Source: Acidobacteriota bacterium (GTDB lineage: Bacteria; Acidobacteriota; UBA6911; JACQSX01). Taken from it: DNA of 31,120 nt. Both the position numbers and the translations under genes were made by a program. The stretch spans positions 1 to 31,120 of the forward strand of contig DASXQR010000193.1 of the NCBI GenBank assembly GCA_036507075.1, written 5' to 3'. The notes below the pieces were generated by a model, which was not told the DNA's origin, did not search any database, and saw only the letters and a list, made by a program, of their open reading frames with translations. Of the stretch, positions 19,992 to 29,304 are shown one piece after another (position 1 is the stretch's first letter; every line of letters begins with the position of its first letter).

Positions 19992-21980
19992 TCAATTCTT
20001 CGACACTTCCTGCAGCAACCTGACGGCGCGCTTTAATTGGTCTTTGCCGCTCACCAGAAGGAGACGGTCACCGGCGGCGAGGGGCACCTTGGAATCCGGA
20101 ATGCTCAGGACCTCATCGCCCCGCAGAAGGCCGACCACCAGAACGCCCGTGTTTGCCTTCAGCCGCGATTCTTCGATGCTCTTCCCCACAGCGGCCGATT
20201 CGGGCTCAATTTGCACGGCCTCGGTAAACAGCTCAATCTGCGGACCGAGTTTGAGCCGGGAAACCGTCACCGGCCTTTCCTCGATTGTCGTATAACCGTG
20301 TTCTCGAAAAGCACGCAGTTGTTCTGCCACCACCTTGCGCGGGAGGTGGTAGAGCCGCAGGGTTCGAAAAACAATTTCAATAGAGGCCTCAAATTCCTCT
20401 GCCACCACTTCGCTGGCTCCAAGCGCATAGAGCGCTTCGATCTCTTCAACGTACTTGGTGCGCACCAGGAGAAAAGCCGACGGATTGAGCCTTCTGATAG
20501 TGGGCACGCAGCGCTCCAGCAGAAAGGGGTCAGAGAGCGCAAGCACGATCACTCGAGCTTTGGCGGCATGGGCATGCGCCAGGACTTCTTCGGACGCGCA
20601 GTCGCCGTACACAATCGGCACGCCCGCGGCGGAATGCTTCCTGACGATGTCAGGATTCAGATCCAGGGCGATAAATGGGATTCGATTTTGTCGCAGCTTG
20701 TCGGCCAGGTTCCGGCCGTTCAACCCAAAGCCGCAGATGATGACATGATCTTCCAGATTTTTGGCGATACGGTCGACATCATCGAAATCATGACGGTGCC
20801 TAATCCGTTCCAGACGGCTCAGCGCGGGTGATTGCGAAACTTTGCGGGCCAGCATGAGCACCAGCGGTGTGGCTATCATGCTTGCAATCGAGGTGGTGAT
20901 GACGAACTGATAGACATCCTGACCGATGAGATCAAGGTTTTGAGCTTCCTTCACAAGAATGAAGGAAAATTCCCCGATCTGGGCCAGGGCAGCTCCGGTC
21001 AGGAGAGCCACACGCGTTGGAAAACCCGAGCACCAGACCACCAGCGCAACGATCATAGTCTTACCTGCGATGCCTGCCAGCAACAGCAGCGCCAATTGCG
21101 GCAGATGCCCCAGCAGGAAACGCGGATCAACCAGCATCCCGATGGAAATAAAAAACAGGCTGTTCAGGCTGTCCCGAAGAGGACGGAATTCGGCAAACAC
21201 TTGCTGGCTGTACGGCGATTCTGAAATCATCAGCCCCGCCAGGAAAGCCCCAATCTGCATTGAGAAGCCGATCATGCCGGTTACAAATGTGGAGGCGAAG
21301 AATAAGAAGAGCGCGCCCACTACCAGGAGCTCCTTGTTGCGCGCCGCGGCAAATTTGTTCAGAAGAAAGGGGAAGAAAATGCGGCCCACCAGAATTACCA
21401 GGGCAAAGACAGCCAGCGCCTTCAGCGCCGCCCAAAGGACGAGCACCGGACTTCTGATTCCGCCCGCCATCCAGGGCAAAACCATCATCATGGGCAGAAT
21501 GCAAAGGTCCTGAAAGATCAGAATGGCAAGGCTGACGCGGCCGTAAATCGAGCTGGTCTCCTGTGAATCGATCAGCATTTTCAGGACCAGAGCAGTGCTG
21601 CTCAGGCTCGCAAGCGCGCCCACGATGACGGCGATCTGCACCGATGTTCCCAGCGCGCGCGCCAGAGCGGCCGTCACCGCGACGGTAAGCAGCACCTGGG
21701 CGGCCCCGGTCGCGAAAACGGTGGTTCGCATCCGCATCAGTTTGGCCAGGGAAAGCTCCAGCCCGAGCGAAAAGAGCAGCACCATGACGCCGATCTCGGC
21801 CAGTGTGTTTACGGTGGGAATGTCGCGGACCAGCCGCAGGCCTCCAGGTCCGACCAGCACTCCAGCTACGAGAAAACCGGGAATGGTCGGAAGTCCGAAG
21901 CGGGAAAAAAAATAAATACAGACGGCGCAGGCGCCAAACAAAATCACCAGGTCATAAAAGATGTTGTGAATTGCACTCAT
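19992..21980 (-). CDS. CPA2-family cation:proton antiporter (KefB/KefC-like) with TrkA-N and TrkA-C domains
   Basis: LAEIGVMVLLFSLGLELS, SLSSTALVLK, ILIFQDL, GAFLAGL, LAQIGEFSFIL, HVIICGFGLNG, YGD; C-terminal RCK-C-like region. Start placed at ATG 21980. Confidence 0.92.
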   Translation of the reverse strand: MSAIHNIFYDLVILFGACAVCIYFFSRFGLPTIPGFLVAGVLVGPGGLRLVRDIPTVNTLAEIGVMVLLFSLGLELSLAKLMRMRTTVFATGAAQVLLTVAVTAALARALGTSVQIAVIVGALASLSSTALVLKMLIDSQETSSIYGRVSLAILIFQDLCILPMMMVLPWMAGGIRSPVLVLWAALKALAVFALVILVGRIFFPFLLNKFAAARNKELLVVGALFLFFASTFVTGMIGFSMQIGAFLAGLMISESPYSQQVFAEFRPLRDSLNSLFFISIGMLVDPRFLLGHLPQLALLLLAGIAGKTMIVALVVWCSGFPTRVALLTGAALAQIGEFSFILVKEAQNLDLIGQDVYQFVITTSIASMIATPLVLMLARKVSQSPALSRLERIRHRHDFDDVDRIAKNLEDHVIICGFGLNGRNLADKLRQNRIPFIALDLNPDIVRKHSAAGVPIVYGDCASEEVLAHAHAAKARVIVLALSDPFLLERCVPTIRRLNPSAFLLVRTKYVEEIEALYALGASEVVAEEFEASIEIVFRTLRLYHLPRKVVAEQLRAFREHGYTTIEERPVTVSRLKLGPQIELFTEAVQIEPESAAVGKSIEESRLKANTGVLVVGLLRGDEVLSIPDSKVPLAAGDRLLLVSGKDQLKRAVRLLQEVSKN

Positions 21981-22139
21981 GCGCGCTCCGCGTTGCTGTC
22001 GATTACAATAGCAGTTTTCCGGTTGACGGGTAGAACCTGGCGTGGCAGGTCGTATTTTCCAACACAAGTCTGTGAAGACGGTCAGGTTGTATTCACCGCC
22101 GAGGCGCCGAGCACGCCGAGATTTCGCAGAGGCGGACGC

Positions 22140-22200
22140 AATATGGGGACAGACCCCAATTTAATACGGAGACAATTTAATATGGGGACAGACCCCAATT
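22140..22200. repeat. Direct duplication of a 22-bp REP-like unit containing GGGGACAGACCCC
   Basis: AATATGGGGACAGACCCCAATT at 22140-22161 and 22179-22200. Confidence 0.75.
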
Positions 22201-22256
22201 ATGCCGACCTGTGATAGGCAACGTGGGTCGGCTTGAGCGCGATCGCCGCCGGGCGC

Positions 22257-22979
22257 TCAATGCTCGATTACACCGTTGTGTTCGAGTGCTTTGACGTCCC
22301 AGCTAACTCTGAGCACCTGATTGGGAGGGACCCACATTGAGAATCGCAGCTCTTTATCGTTTCTTGACACCAGAGGCTCGCCTTTGACAGACCTTGGAAA
22401 GAAAAACCGCATCTCGCCACTCTGTGCCGATAGGGGAATGTATTTCAGTAACTCAACTCTCCGGACCCGGTCGGTTCCCACAAATGCATTCCACTTCATC
22501 CAAGCCGTGGTCTCGGAGCGGAAGAACTGACTCAGGCTAATAGCCCGTTGCCCATCGTCACTGCGGAAAGATACCCCAATGACGATTTGATCGGGCGCTG
22601 GTTCAAGTGCCAGGACCTCGCGCCCCGGCATCTTCGGCGTCAAACTCAATCCGCCGTTCGTGAACTGTCTCAGACGAGCATACGCATCTCTGATTGGCTT
22701 GGCCGAAATCAGCCGAATGCTGAAAAAGTCCTCGACTTCACGATTTGCCCCTGCCGTGCATACAACATTGCGGATCACTTTCTGGCGGGCCCACGGGGAT
22801 TTCTCCAGAATCTGTTTCAGATCTGTAATAGTCCATTCCCCACACGGTCGTTGCCAGATCTGCTCTTCCGCAGTCAGGATTGGCTGGGCAGAGAGGAAGA
22901 CAAAACAAAGCGCCGCGGCCAATTTGGCCGGATAGCACGAACCACAACCAGCGGAAGAAGAGTGATTTCGGAGGGACAT
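22257..22979 (-). CDS. Hypothetical exported protein
   Basis: About 240-aa ORF with a signal-like segment (KLAAALCFVFLSAQPILTA) and WT..D..QILEKSPWA / IRLISAKPIRDAYAR motifs. The start is uncertain. Confidence 0.65.
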   Translation of the reverse strand: MSLRNHSSSAGCGSCYPAKLAAALCFVFLSAQPILTAEEQIWQRPCGEWTITDLKQILEKSPWARQKVIRNVVCTAGANREVEDFFSIRLISAKPIRDAYARLRQFTNGGLSLTPKMPGREVLALEPAPDQIVIGVSFRSDDGQRAISLSQFFRSETTAWMKWNAFVGTDRVRRVELLKYIPLSAQSGEMRFFFPRSVKGEPLVSRNDKELRFSMWVPPNQVLRVSWDVKALEHNGVIEH

Positions 22980-23216
22980 AGCCTTCTCAACTTTCTTCAA
23001 GTAAATGCCTGCTGTGAACGATTGTCAACGGCGCCAAGAAAAAGAGGCTCACCAGTACACATAATCTTGTCTGCCGATGACGCGGTAATCTGGCAAGGCA
23101 CTCCCTTGCGGTCGCGGTACGGATGGGCTGCGGGGAAATCACAGTTGTTCTTCAGGTCTGCCCCATTTGGGGTTTTCGTTGCATTGAAGCAAAAGGAGAT
23201 TAAGAATTTACATTCT

Positions 23217-24635
23217 ATGACAACACTATTCTTTCGTTGGGCGGTGTCGTTGTTTTTGCTTTTGATTATGGGCGGCGGTTTGTCGCGACGGTCAAACGCT
23301 GCACCCAATTCGCAAGGTTCAGCCGGGGTGGGAGCTCAAAGCGCGAAGGAGTCGCAGGCGGAGCGCGATCGCCGTATGCGATGGTGGCGCGGGGCAAAAT
23401 TTGGCATGTTCATCCATTGGGGGCTCTATGCTGTGCCTGCCGGCGAATATAACGGAAAGCGCGCAAAGGATATCGGCGAGTGGATCATGTCCTGGGCCAA
23501 CATCCCGCGCGCCGAGTATGAAAAGTTCGCCGCCCGGTTTAATCCCGTCAAGTTCGACGCGGCCGAGTGGGCGCGCATCGCCAAAGGCGCCGGCATGAAA
23601 TACGTCGTGATCACGTCCAAGCATCACGATGGCTTTTCAATGTACGACAGCAAAATCAGCAACTATGACATTGTCGACGCAACGCCTTACCGCAGGGACC
23701 TGATGAAAGCCCTGGCGGCGGAAACAAAAAAGCAAGGTTTGAAATTCTGCTTCTACTACTCGATCATGGACTGGCACCATCCTTCCCAGTATGTCGACGC
23801 CCCCGGAAAGGATCCGACGGCAGGACACAGGATGACCAGGATGCACCCCGGTGGCAAGGAAGAGTATGTCAAATATATGAAGGCGCAGCTTGCCGAGCTG
23901 GTGAAGCAGTACGATCCGGCCGTGCTCTGGTTTGACGGAGAATGGCCCGACTGGTGGACCGAACCGGACGGAAAGGACCTGTACCGGTACGTGCGCAGCC
24001 TCAAGTCGGAAATCATCATCAACAATCGCGTGGGCAAAGGCCGCAAGGGGATGCAGGGCCTCAACAAGGAAGATCAGGAGTATGCCGGCGACTTCGGAAC
24101 TCCCGAGCAGCAGATTCCTCCCACGGGCCTTCACGGTATCGATTGGGAAAGCTGCATGACCATGAACGACACCTGGGGATACAAGTTTTACGACGACCAT
24201 TGGAAGTCGGCCGAGATGCTGATTCGAAACCTGATCGACATTGCTTCGAAAGGCGGCAATTACCTGCTCAACGTCGGGCCTACGTCGGAGGGAGTCATCC
24301 CGCCGCCAAGCGTCGACAGGCTGGCTGAAATGGGTCGATGGATGAAAGTGAACGGCGAGGCCATTTACGCCACCACCGCGAGTCCCTTCAAGACTCAACT
24401 CGCCTTCGGCCGGGCGACGAGCAAGCCGGATCGAGTCTATCTGCATGTGTTCAAGTGGCCTGAGGGCGGAGCGCTGCAGGTCCCGGCCTGGGGAAAAAGC
24501 GTAAAACGAGCCTACTTGCTGGCACAGCCGAAATCCGCGCTGAAGTTTACGCACGCTAGCGCAGGCGTGAGCATCGAATTGCCGAAGACCGCCCCCGACG
24601 ATATTGCTTCAGTTGTGGTGTTGGAGACGAATTGA
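23217..24635 (+). CDS. Alpha-L-fucosidase (GH29)
   Basis: WWRGAKFGMFIHWGLYA, FNPVKFDAAEW, GMKYVVITSKHHDGF, LWFDGEW, WESCMTMNDTWGY, GGNYLLNVGP. A signal peptide begins at ATG 23217. Confidence 0.93.
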   Translation: MTTLFFRWAVSLFLLLIMGGGLSRRSNAAPNSQGSAGVGAQSAKESQAERDRRMRWWRGAKFGMFIHWGLYAVPAGEYNGKRAKDIGEWIMSWANIPRAEYEKFAARFNPVKFDAAEWARIAKGAGMKYVVITSKHHDGFSMYDSKISNYDIVDATPYRRDLMKALAAETKKQGLKFCFYYSIMDWHHPSQYVDAPGKDPTAGHRMTRMHPGGKEEYVKYMKAQLAELVKQYDPAVLWFDGEWPDWWTEPDGKDLYRYVRSLKSEIIINNRVGKGRKGMQGLNKEDQEYAGDFGTPEQQIPPTGLHGIDWESCMTMNDTWGYKFYDDHWKSAEMLIRNLIDIASKGGNYLLNVGPTSEGVIPPPSVDRLAEMGRWMKVNGEAIYATTASPFKTQLAFGRATSKPDRVYLHVFKWPEGGALQVPAWGKSVKRAYLLAQPKSALKFTHASAGVSIELPKTAPDDIASVVVLETN

Positions 24636-24731
24636 ACCGCCAAGCCCGCAAAGAACGCCAAGAGAAGTCCTGGAGCAAGAATATTGATGAAGCCCGCAAA
24701 GCGGGCGCTGGAGTTTGGACATTTTAAGGGG

Positions 24732-25129
24732 GGAGAGACGGCCCGATGGCCGTCTCGGGCGGAGTCGACGTCAGGGCAATCCCGCGACATTCCCTGAGAC
24801 CTCCCTCATGATGTTCAGATTGGCAGGACGGCACGCGCAGAGAGGCCGGTTGGTGGGAGCTCAGTCCAGCCGGAGCCGCGAAGTGTAAGCGAGCGGCACT
24901 CCAGACTGACGAGCCAGAATCAACAGCGTTGACAGCCTCCACGGATTAACGTCGCTGTAGAATGTTGCAAAAAAAAGGAACGAGGCCTCCAAAGGCGAAC
25001 GCGCAAGCGAGCGACCTGGGAAGTTCGCTGTTTTGCGATGCTGCAGCAACGTTGCTCTGTGCTGGATCAATGTCGCAGGGATAACGCTGCCGTCGACTTC
25101 GCCTGAGACGGCCCTCGGGCCGTCTCTCC
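24732..25129. mobile_element. About 400-bp non-coding REPIN/MITE-like element with about 60-bp imperfect terminal inverted repeats
   Basis: Left arm GGAGAGACGGCCCGATGGCCGTCTCGGGCGGAGTCGACG..GCGACATT (24732-24791) is complementary to 25069-25129; the same terminal hairpin occurs at about 10350. Confidence 0.7.
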
Positions 25130-25184
25130 ACATTGTCCAAAGTGCCGCGCGCTTTAACACGCGGCTCGGACTTTTTCGGGTTCG

Positions 25185-26948
25185 TTATGGATGTGCTTTT
25201 CTCGAATTGGCGGCGGAAGCGTAGTAACCGGTGCGGGCGTGCACCGTATAGTCTGCGCCTGGACGTCCATAACGGTCGTTCAGGCGCACTTCGATTCGCC
25301 GAAAAGCGACCGACGAAGGATCGGGCGGGTAGTAACCCAGTGTGTAGCGTCGTTTCAGCCTCAAGACTGCCGTTCCCAGCGCCGCGTCGAGCGAGCCCGA
25401 GCCGGCGGCGTCAATAATCTCGCCTCCTGTCTGCTCGGTCACTTTTCGAACAGAACCCATTCCGAGCATGAGGCGGTTGGGGATCCAGAGTGTGACCGGA
25501 AGGGAAATGCCCACGGTTTTGACGCTGTAAATGACAGTCTCAGTCTCCATGGCGAGCCGGATAGTGTCGCCTTCACTTACCTTTGACCGCATGGACGCCT
25601 GATTATCCGAAACAAGAATCACCGCTCGGCGGCGCCTCGGCGCCACCATTGCCAGATAATCGACCGCGTCATGAAGCGCATCGATAATGTCGGTCCCGCC
25701 GCCCGCGCGAATTGTGGCGATGCGGTCGGCGATGCGCTGGCGGTCCGTGGTCAGGTCTTCCAACCGCTCCACCCGGCTGGCAAAGGAGAACAGGCAGACT
25801 TGATCGCCGCTTTTCAATTGCATCAGAGCGCGGTAGGCGGCCTCGCGGATCTCATTCATAAACGGCGCCACACTTCCGCTGCGGTCGATCACCAAAGCAA
25901 CCGCAAGAGGATACAGGTCGCGCGAAAATTCCTGGATCTGCTGCTCGATCCCCTCCTCAAAGATTCGGAAGTCCTCTTTGGCCAGATTCTCCATGGGGCG
26001 CCTCATCGGATCCCGGACAACCGTGTCGACCAGCACCAGCTGGACATTCATGCTCACCCTGAAGCCGCCCAAATCCGTCACAGTTTCGGCCGGCTGGGAG
26101 GATGACGGCCCGGGAGGCGACATTGTTTCCGGCCCGGAGGCGGTTTTGAGTACCGGAGGCGGACTCTTGTCCTCTGTGTCATCGGGAAGCTTGAAGTCAG
26201 GTTTTTCCGGATTTCCAAAATTGGGAGGCCTGGCATCGGCGATCCGAACCTGATTGCGCGGTGCTGCCAGTTCGGCTGCCTTCTGCGCCACGGCGGCCGA
26301 AATCTGAAGAGGCCAGTCAAACTTCGCTTCAAACATCGTTCCCTGGGGCAGATCCAGATCCGGACCGCGCTCGAGAATGATACCCGCCAGTCCTATTCCC
26401 GCGCCGGCGGCGCCGCCGTAAAGCACCCCTCTGGCTCCCATGCGTGAGCCCAGGATAATGCCCTGCAGGCCTCCACTGACGACGGATTTGCCGCCGCTGC
26501 CCGCCTCGCCTCTCAGTCTGGCGCTTCCTTTTTCGCCCAGGCTGGTTGCCTTCACGCCGGCCCGGACGATGCCTGCGTTCAGCGGAATCGTGGTCCCCTC
26601 TGCCAACCGCAGCTCGTCGAGTCGAAGCTGGAGTTCGGCGCGGCCCTTGATGCGACCCGCTCGTTTTGATTGCGTCACCGTCCCTCGGACCGAACTGCCG
26701 TTGGGGATCACGACCCGACCGCGGTCCATGACGTCATCGACGGTCCGGAAGTAAGCCGCCGAACCCTTCTTCGTCTTGCGAGTATGAAGGGGCGTCTCGA
26801 GCTCCAGAACGAGACGCTCGCCCGAGCCGATGGTGAGTGTTTCGGGCGACTGGAGCGGAGACTGAGCCATGACAAGCCCGACGGAGATGATAGCCAGCAG
26901 CATGTGAGCGGGCGAAGAACATGTGTGAACAGGCTGTCTACCTGTCAT
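25185..26948 (-). CDS. Exported protein: TrbI/VirB10-like beta domain + glycine zipper + Pro-rich linker + acidobacterial VWA domain
   Basis: LVLELETPL..VVIPNGSSVRGTVTQSKRAGRIKGRAELQLRLD; GGAAGAGIG; NVQLVLVDTVVRD..LAKEDFRIFEEG; MIDAS motif DRSGS, GGT..DA, VILVSD, TGG; YTLGYYP, ARTGYYA. Confidence 0.85.
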   Translation of the reverse strand: MTGRQPVHTCSSPAHMLLAIISVGLVMAQSPLQSPETLTIGSGERLVLELETPLHTRKTKKGSAAYFRTVDDVMDRGRVVIPNGSSVRGTVTQSKRAGRIKGRAELQLRLDELRLAEGTTIPLNAGIVRAGVKATSLGEKGSARLRGEAGSGGKSVVSGGLQGIILGSRMGARGVLYGGAAGAGIGLAGIILERGPDLDLPQGTMFEAKFDWPLQISAAVAQKAAELAAPRNQVRIADARPPNFGNPEKPDFKLPDDTEDKSPPPVLKTASGPETMSPPGPSSSQPAETVTDLGGFRVSMNVQLVLVDTVVRDPMRRPMENLAKEDFRIFEEGIEQQIQEFSRDLYPLAVALVIDRSGSVAPFMNEIREAAYRALMQLKSGDQVCLFSFASRVERLEDLTTDRQRIADRIATIRAGGGTDIIDALHDAVDYLAMVAPRRRRAVILVSDNQASMRSKVSEGDTIRLAMETETVIYSVKTVGISLPVTLWIPNRLMLGMGSVRKVTEQTGGEIIDAAGSGSLDAALGTAVLRLKRRYTLGYYPPDPSSVAFRRIEVRLNDRYGRPGADYTVHARTGYYASAANSRKAHP

Positions 26949-27075
26949 TGGAAAGTTCCCGTCTTTGACTGGTTGGATGGAAGGAGTCTCAAAACGGTTC
27001 AGAAATATCCGAACACCTGAAAAAATCGCACTCGGGATTCTCGGCGCCGAGGGAATCGGGTAAAATCTTTTTTTT

Positions 27076-27125
27076 CACCACAAAGGCACGAAGGACACAA
27101 AATCTCCTTTGTGTCTTTGTGGTGA
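27076..27125. repeat. Imperfect palindrome CACCACAAAGGCAC..GTGTCTTTGTGGTG
   Basis: Inverted arms visible upstream of ptrB. Loosely similar 9-nt-periodic motifs occur near 22093 (CACCGCCGAGGCGCCGAGCACGCCGAG) and 24635 (ACCGCCAAGCCCGCAAAGAACGCCAAA). Confidence 0.55.
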
Positions 27126-27163
27126 AGACCCCCTGGGTGGATCTGTTCCAGAAGGAGAGAAAT

Positions 27164-29290
27164 ATGAAATCAGTAATCACCGCTTTGCTGCCGGCAGCAG
27201 CATTGTTTGTAGCGTTATCCGAGCCGAAGACGCTGGCGCAAAACGGCGACGACAACCACCGGCCTCCGATAGCCAAGAAAATCCCACATGTGACCGAGAT
27301 TCACGGCTACAAGCTGGAAGACAATTACTTCTGGCTTCGTGAAAAGAAGAATCCGGAAGTGATCAAGTACCTTGAAGAAGAAAACGCCTACGCCGACGCG
27401 GTGTTGAAGCCGACGCGCGAACTGCAGGAGGCGCTCTACAAAGAGATGCTGGGACACATCAAGCAGACCGACCTGAGTGTGCCGTCGCGCATCGGCGAAT
27501 ATTACTACTACTCCCGCACTGAAGAGGGCAAACAGTACCAATACATGTGCCGTAAGAAGGGAAGCATGGGGGGTCGGGAAGAAATCCTGCTCGACTTGAA
27601 CAAGCTGGCCGAGGGCCACAGCTTCCTGGGCCTTGGCGTATACCGCGCCAGCGACGACGGCAACCTGCTGGCCTATTCAACCGATACCACGGGTTATCGG
27701 CAGTACCGGCTGCACGTCAAGGACCTGCGGACCGGCCAGACCCTGGGCGAGGACATCGAGCGCGTCGGTTCGGTCGTGTGGGCCAATGACAACAAGACGC
27801 TCTTCTACACTACGGAAGACTCGGTCTCCAAACGCTCGGACAAATTCTGGCGCCATGTGGTGGGCGGCTATAAGAGCGATCTGCTCTACGAGGAGACAAA
27901 TGAGCTCTTTGACGTCGGCGCGAGCCGTTCCCTCGACAAAAAGATGATCTTTCTGGGTTCTTACGCGAAGACTTCGAGAGAGTTTCGCTATCTGCCCGCC
28001 GGCAATCCCACCGGGGAACTCAAAATAATCCTGCCGCGCCAGGACGAACACGAATACGACGTCGACCACTATCGGGGTCTCTTCTACATAACGACGAACA
28101 AGAACGCGAAGAACTTCCGTGTTGTCACGGCCCCCATCGATGATTCTTCAGAAAAGAACTGGAAGCCCTTCATCGCGCACGATCCGAAAGTAAAAATTGA
28201 CGGCTTGACGACTTTCGTCAATCACCTGGTGGTCTCGGAGAAAGAAGGCGGCCTGAATTACCTGCGCGTGATCGATACAAAGACAAAGCAGTCGCACCGG
28301 ATCGCAACCGATGAATCCGATTACGCGCTCTCGCTGGGAGTCAATCCCGAATACAACACTATGATTGTGCGCTATAGCTATCAGTCAATGGTCACGCCAC
28401 CCTCGGTATATGACTACGACATGAACGCGCGCCGCCGCACGCTGCTCAAGCGGCAGGAGGTGCTGGGCGGTTACGATCCGGCCAACTATGAAGCCAGCCG
28501 CATTTGGTCGGTGTCGCGCGACGGCGTGAAAGTGCCGATTTCGCTGGTCCACAAGAAAGGCGTCAAGCTTGACGGCACTGCCCCGATGCTGCTTTACGCG
28601 TACGGCTCGTACGGTTCTTCGCAGCCCCCGACGTTTTCCTCAAGCCGCCTGGTGCTGCTCGACCGGGGCGTGATTTACGCGCTGGCTCACATCCGCGGAG
28701 GCGGCGAGTTGGGCGAAGAATGGCGCGAGGAAGGGCGGATGATGAAGAAGCTGAACACGTTTTATGACTTCATCGACTGCGCCGAATACCTGGTAAAAAA
28801 CAAGTACACCTCGCCGGACCGTCTCATCATTCAGGGTGGCAGCGCCGGCGGCTTGCTGATGGGCGCAGTGACCAATATGCGTCCGGATCTGTTCAAGGCC
28901 GTAGTGGCGCAGGTGCCGTTTGTGGATGTGATCAACACCATGCTCGACGCATCGCTGCCGCTCACCACCAGCGAATTCATCGAATGGGGCAACCCGAAGG
29001 AAAAGGCGGCATTCGACTACATGATCAAGTATTCGCCCTATGACAATATTGCTGCGCGCAAATACCCGTCAATGCTGGTGCGTGTTTCGCTCAACGACAG
29101 CCAGGTGCCATATTGGGAAGGCGCCAAGTTCGTCGCCAAATTACGCGCCATGAAGACCGACAGCAATCCCCTCTTGCTCAAGGCCAACCTGGGCGCCGGC
29201 CACGGCGGCTCCTCCGGCCGCTACGACGCTCTGCGCGAGACGGCCCTTAACTACGCTTTCATGCTCTGGCAATGGGGGATTATGAAGTAG
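27164..29290 (+). CDS. ptrB: Oligopeptidase B (protease II, S9A)
   Basis: EDNYFWLR, YAYGSYG, HIRGGGELG, catalytic GGSAGG, PFVDVINTMLDASLPLT, EWGNP, NDSQV (Asp), AGHGG (His). AAGGAG RBS and signal peptide from ATG 27164. Confidence 0.93.
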   Translation: MKSVITALLPAAALFVALSEPKTLAQNGDDNHRPPIAKKIPHVTEIHGYKLEDNYFWLREKKNPEVIKYLEEENAYADAVLKPTRELQEALYKEMLGHIKQTDLSVPSRIGEYYYYSRTEEGKQYQYMCRKKGSMGGREEILLDLNKLAEGHSFLGLGVYRASDDGNLLAYSTDTTGYRQYRLHVKDLRTGQTLGEDIERVGSVVWANDNKTLFYTTEDSVSKRSDKFWRHVVGGYKSDLLYEETNELFDVGASRSLDKKMIFLGSYAKTSREFRYLPAGNPTGELKIILPRQDEHEYDVDHYRGLFYITTNKNAKNFRVVTAPIDDSSEKNWKPFIAHDPKVKIDGLTTFVNHLVVSEKEGGLNYLRVIDTKTKQSHRIATDESDYALSLGVNPEYNTMIVRYSYQSMVTPPSVYDYDMNARRRTLLKRQEVLGGYDPANYEASRIWSVSRDGVKVPISLVHKKGVKLDGTAPMLLYAYGSYGSSQPPTFSSSRLVLLDRGVIYALAHIRGGGELGEEWREEGRMMKKLNTFYDFIDCAEYLVKNKYTSPDRLIIQGGSAGGLLMGAVTNMRPDLFKAVVAQVPFVDVINTMLDASLPLTTSEFIEWGNPKEKAAFDYMIKYSPYDNIAARKYPSMLVRVSLNDSQVPYWEGAKFVAKLRAMKTDSNPLLLKANLGAGHGGSSGRYDALRETALNYAFMLWQWGIMK

Positions 29291-29304
29291 GGAAACGTGA
29301 AACA

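Noticed and set aside
22140..22200. Possible mini-CRISPR
   Set aside because: Only two 22-bp units with a 17-bp gap and no similarity to the real repeat; better explained as REP-like.
23183..23190. ATTGAAGC matching the 3' end of the CRISPR repeat
   Set aside because: The match is only 8-9 bp with no palindromic core, and it also occurs inside coding regions; consistent with chance.
22548..23216. 223-aa N-terminal extension of the 695-aa fucosidase ORF
   Set aside because: It overlaps an opposite-strand gene and intergenic repeats; a signal peptide starts at ATG 23217, so this is not a real fusion.
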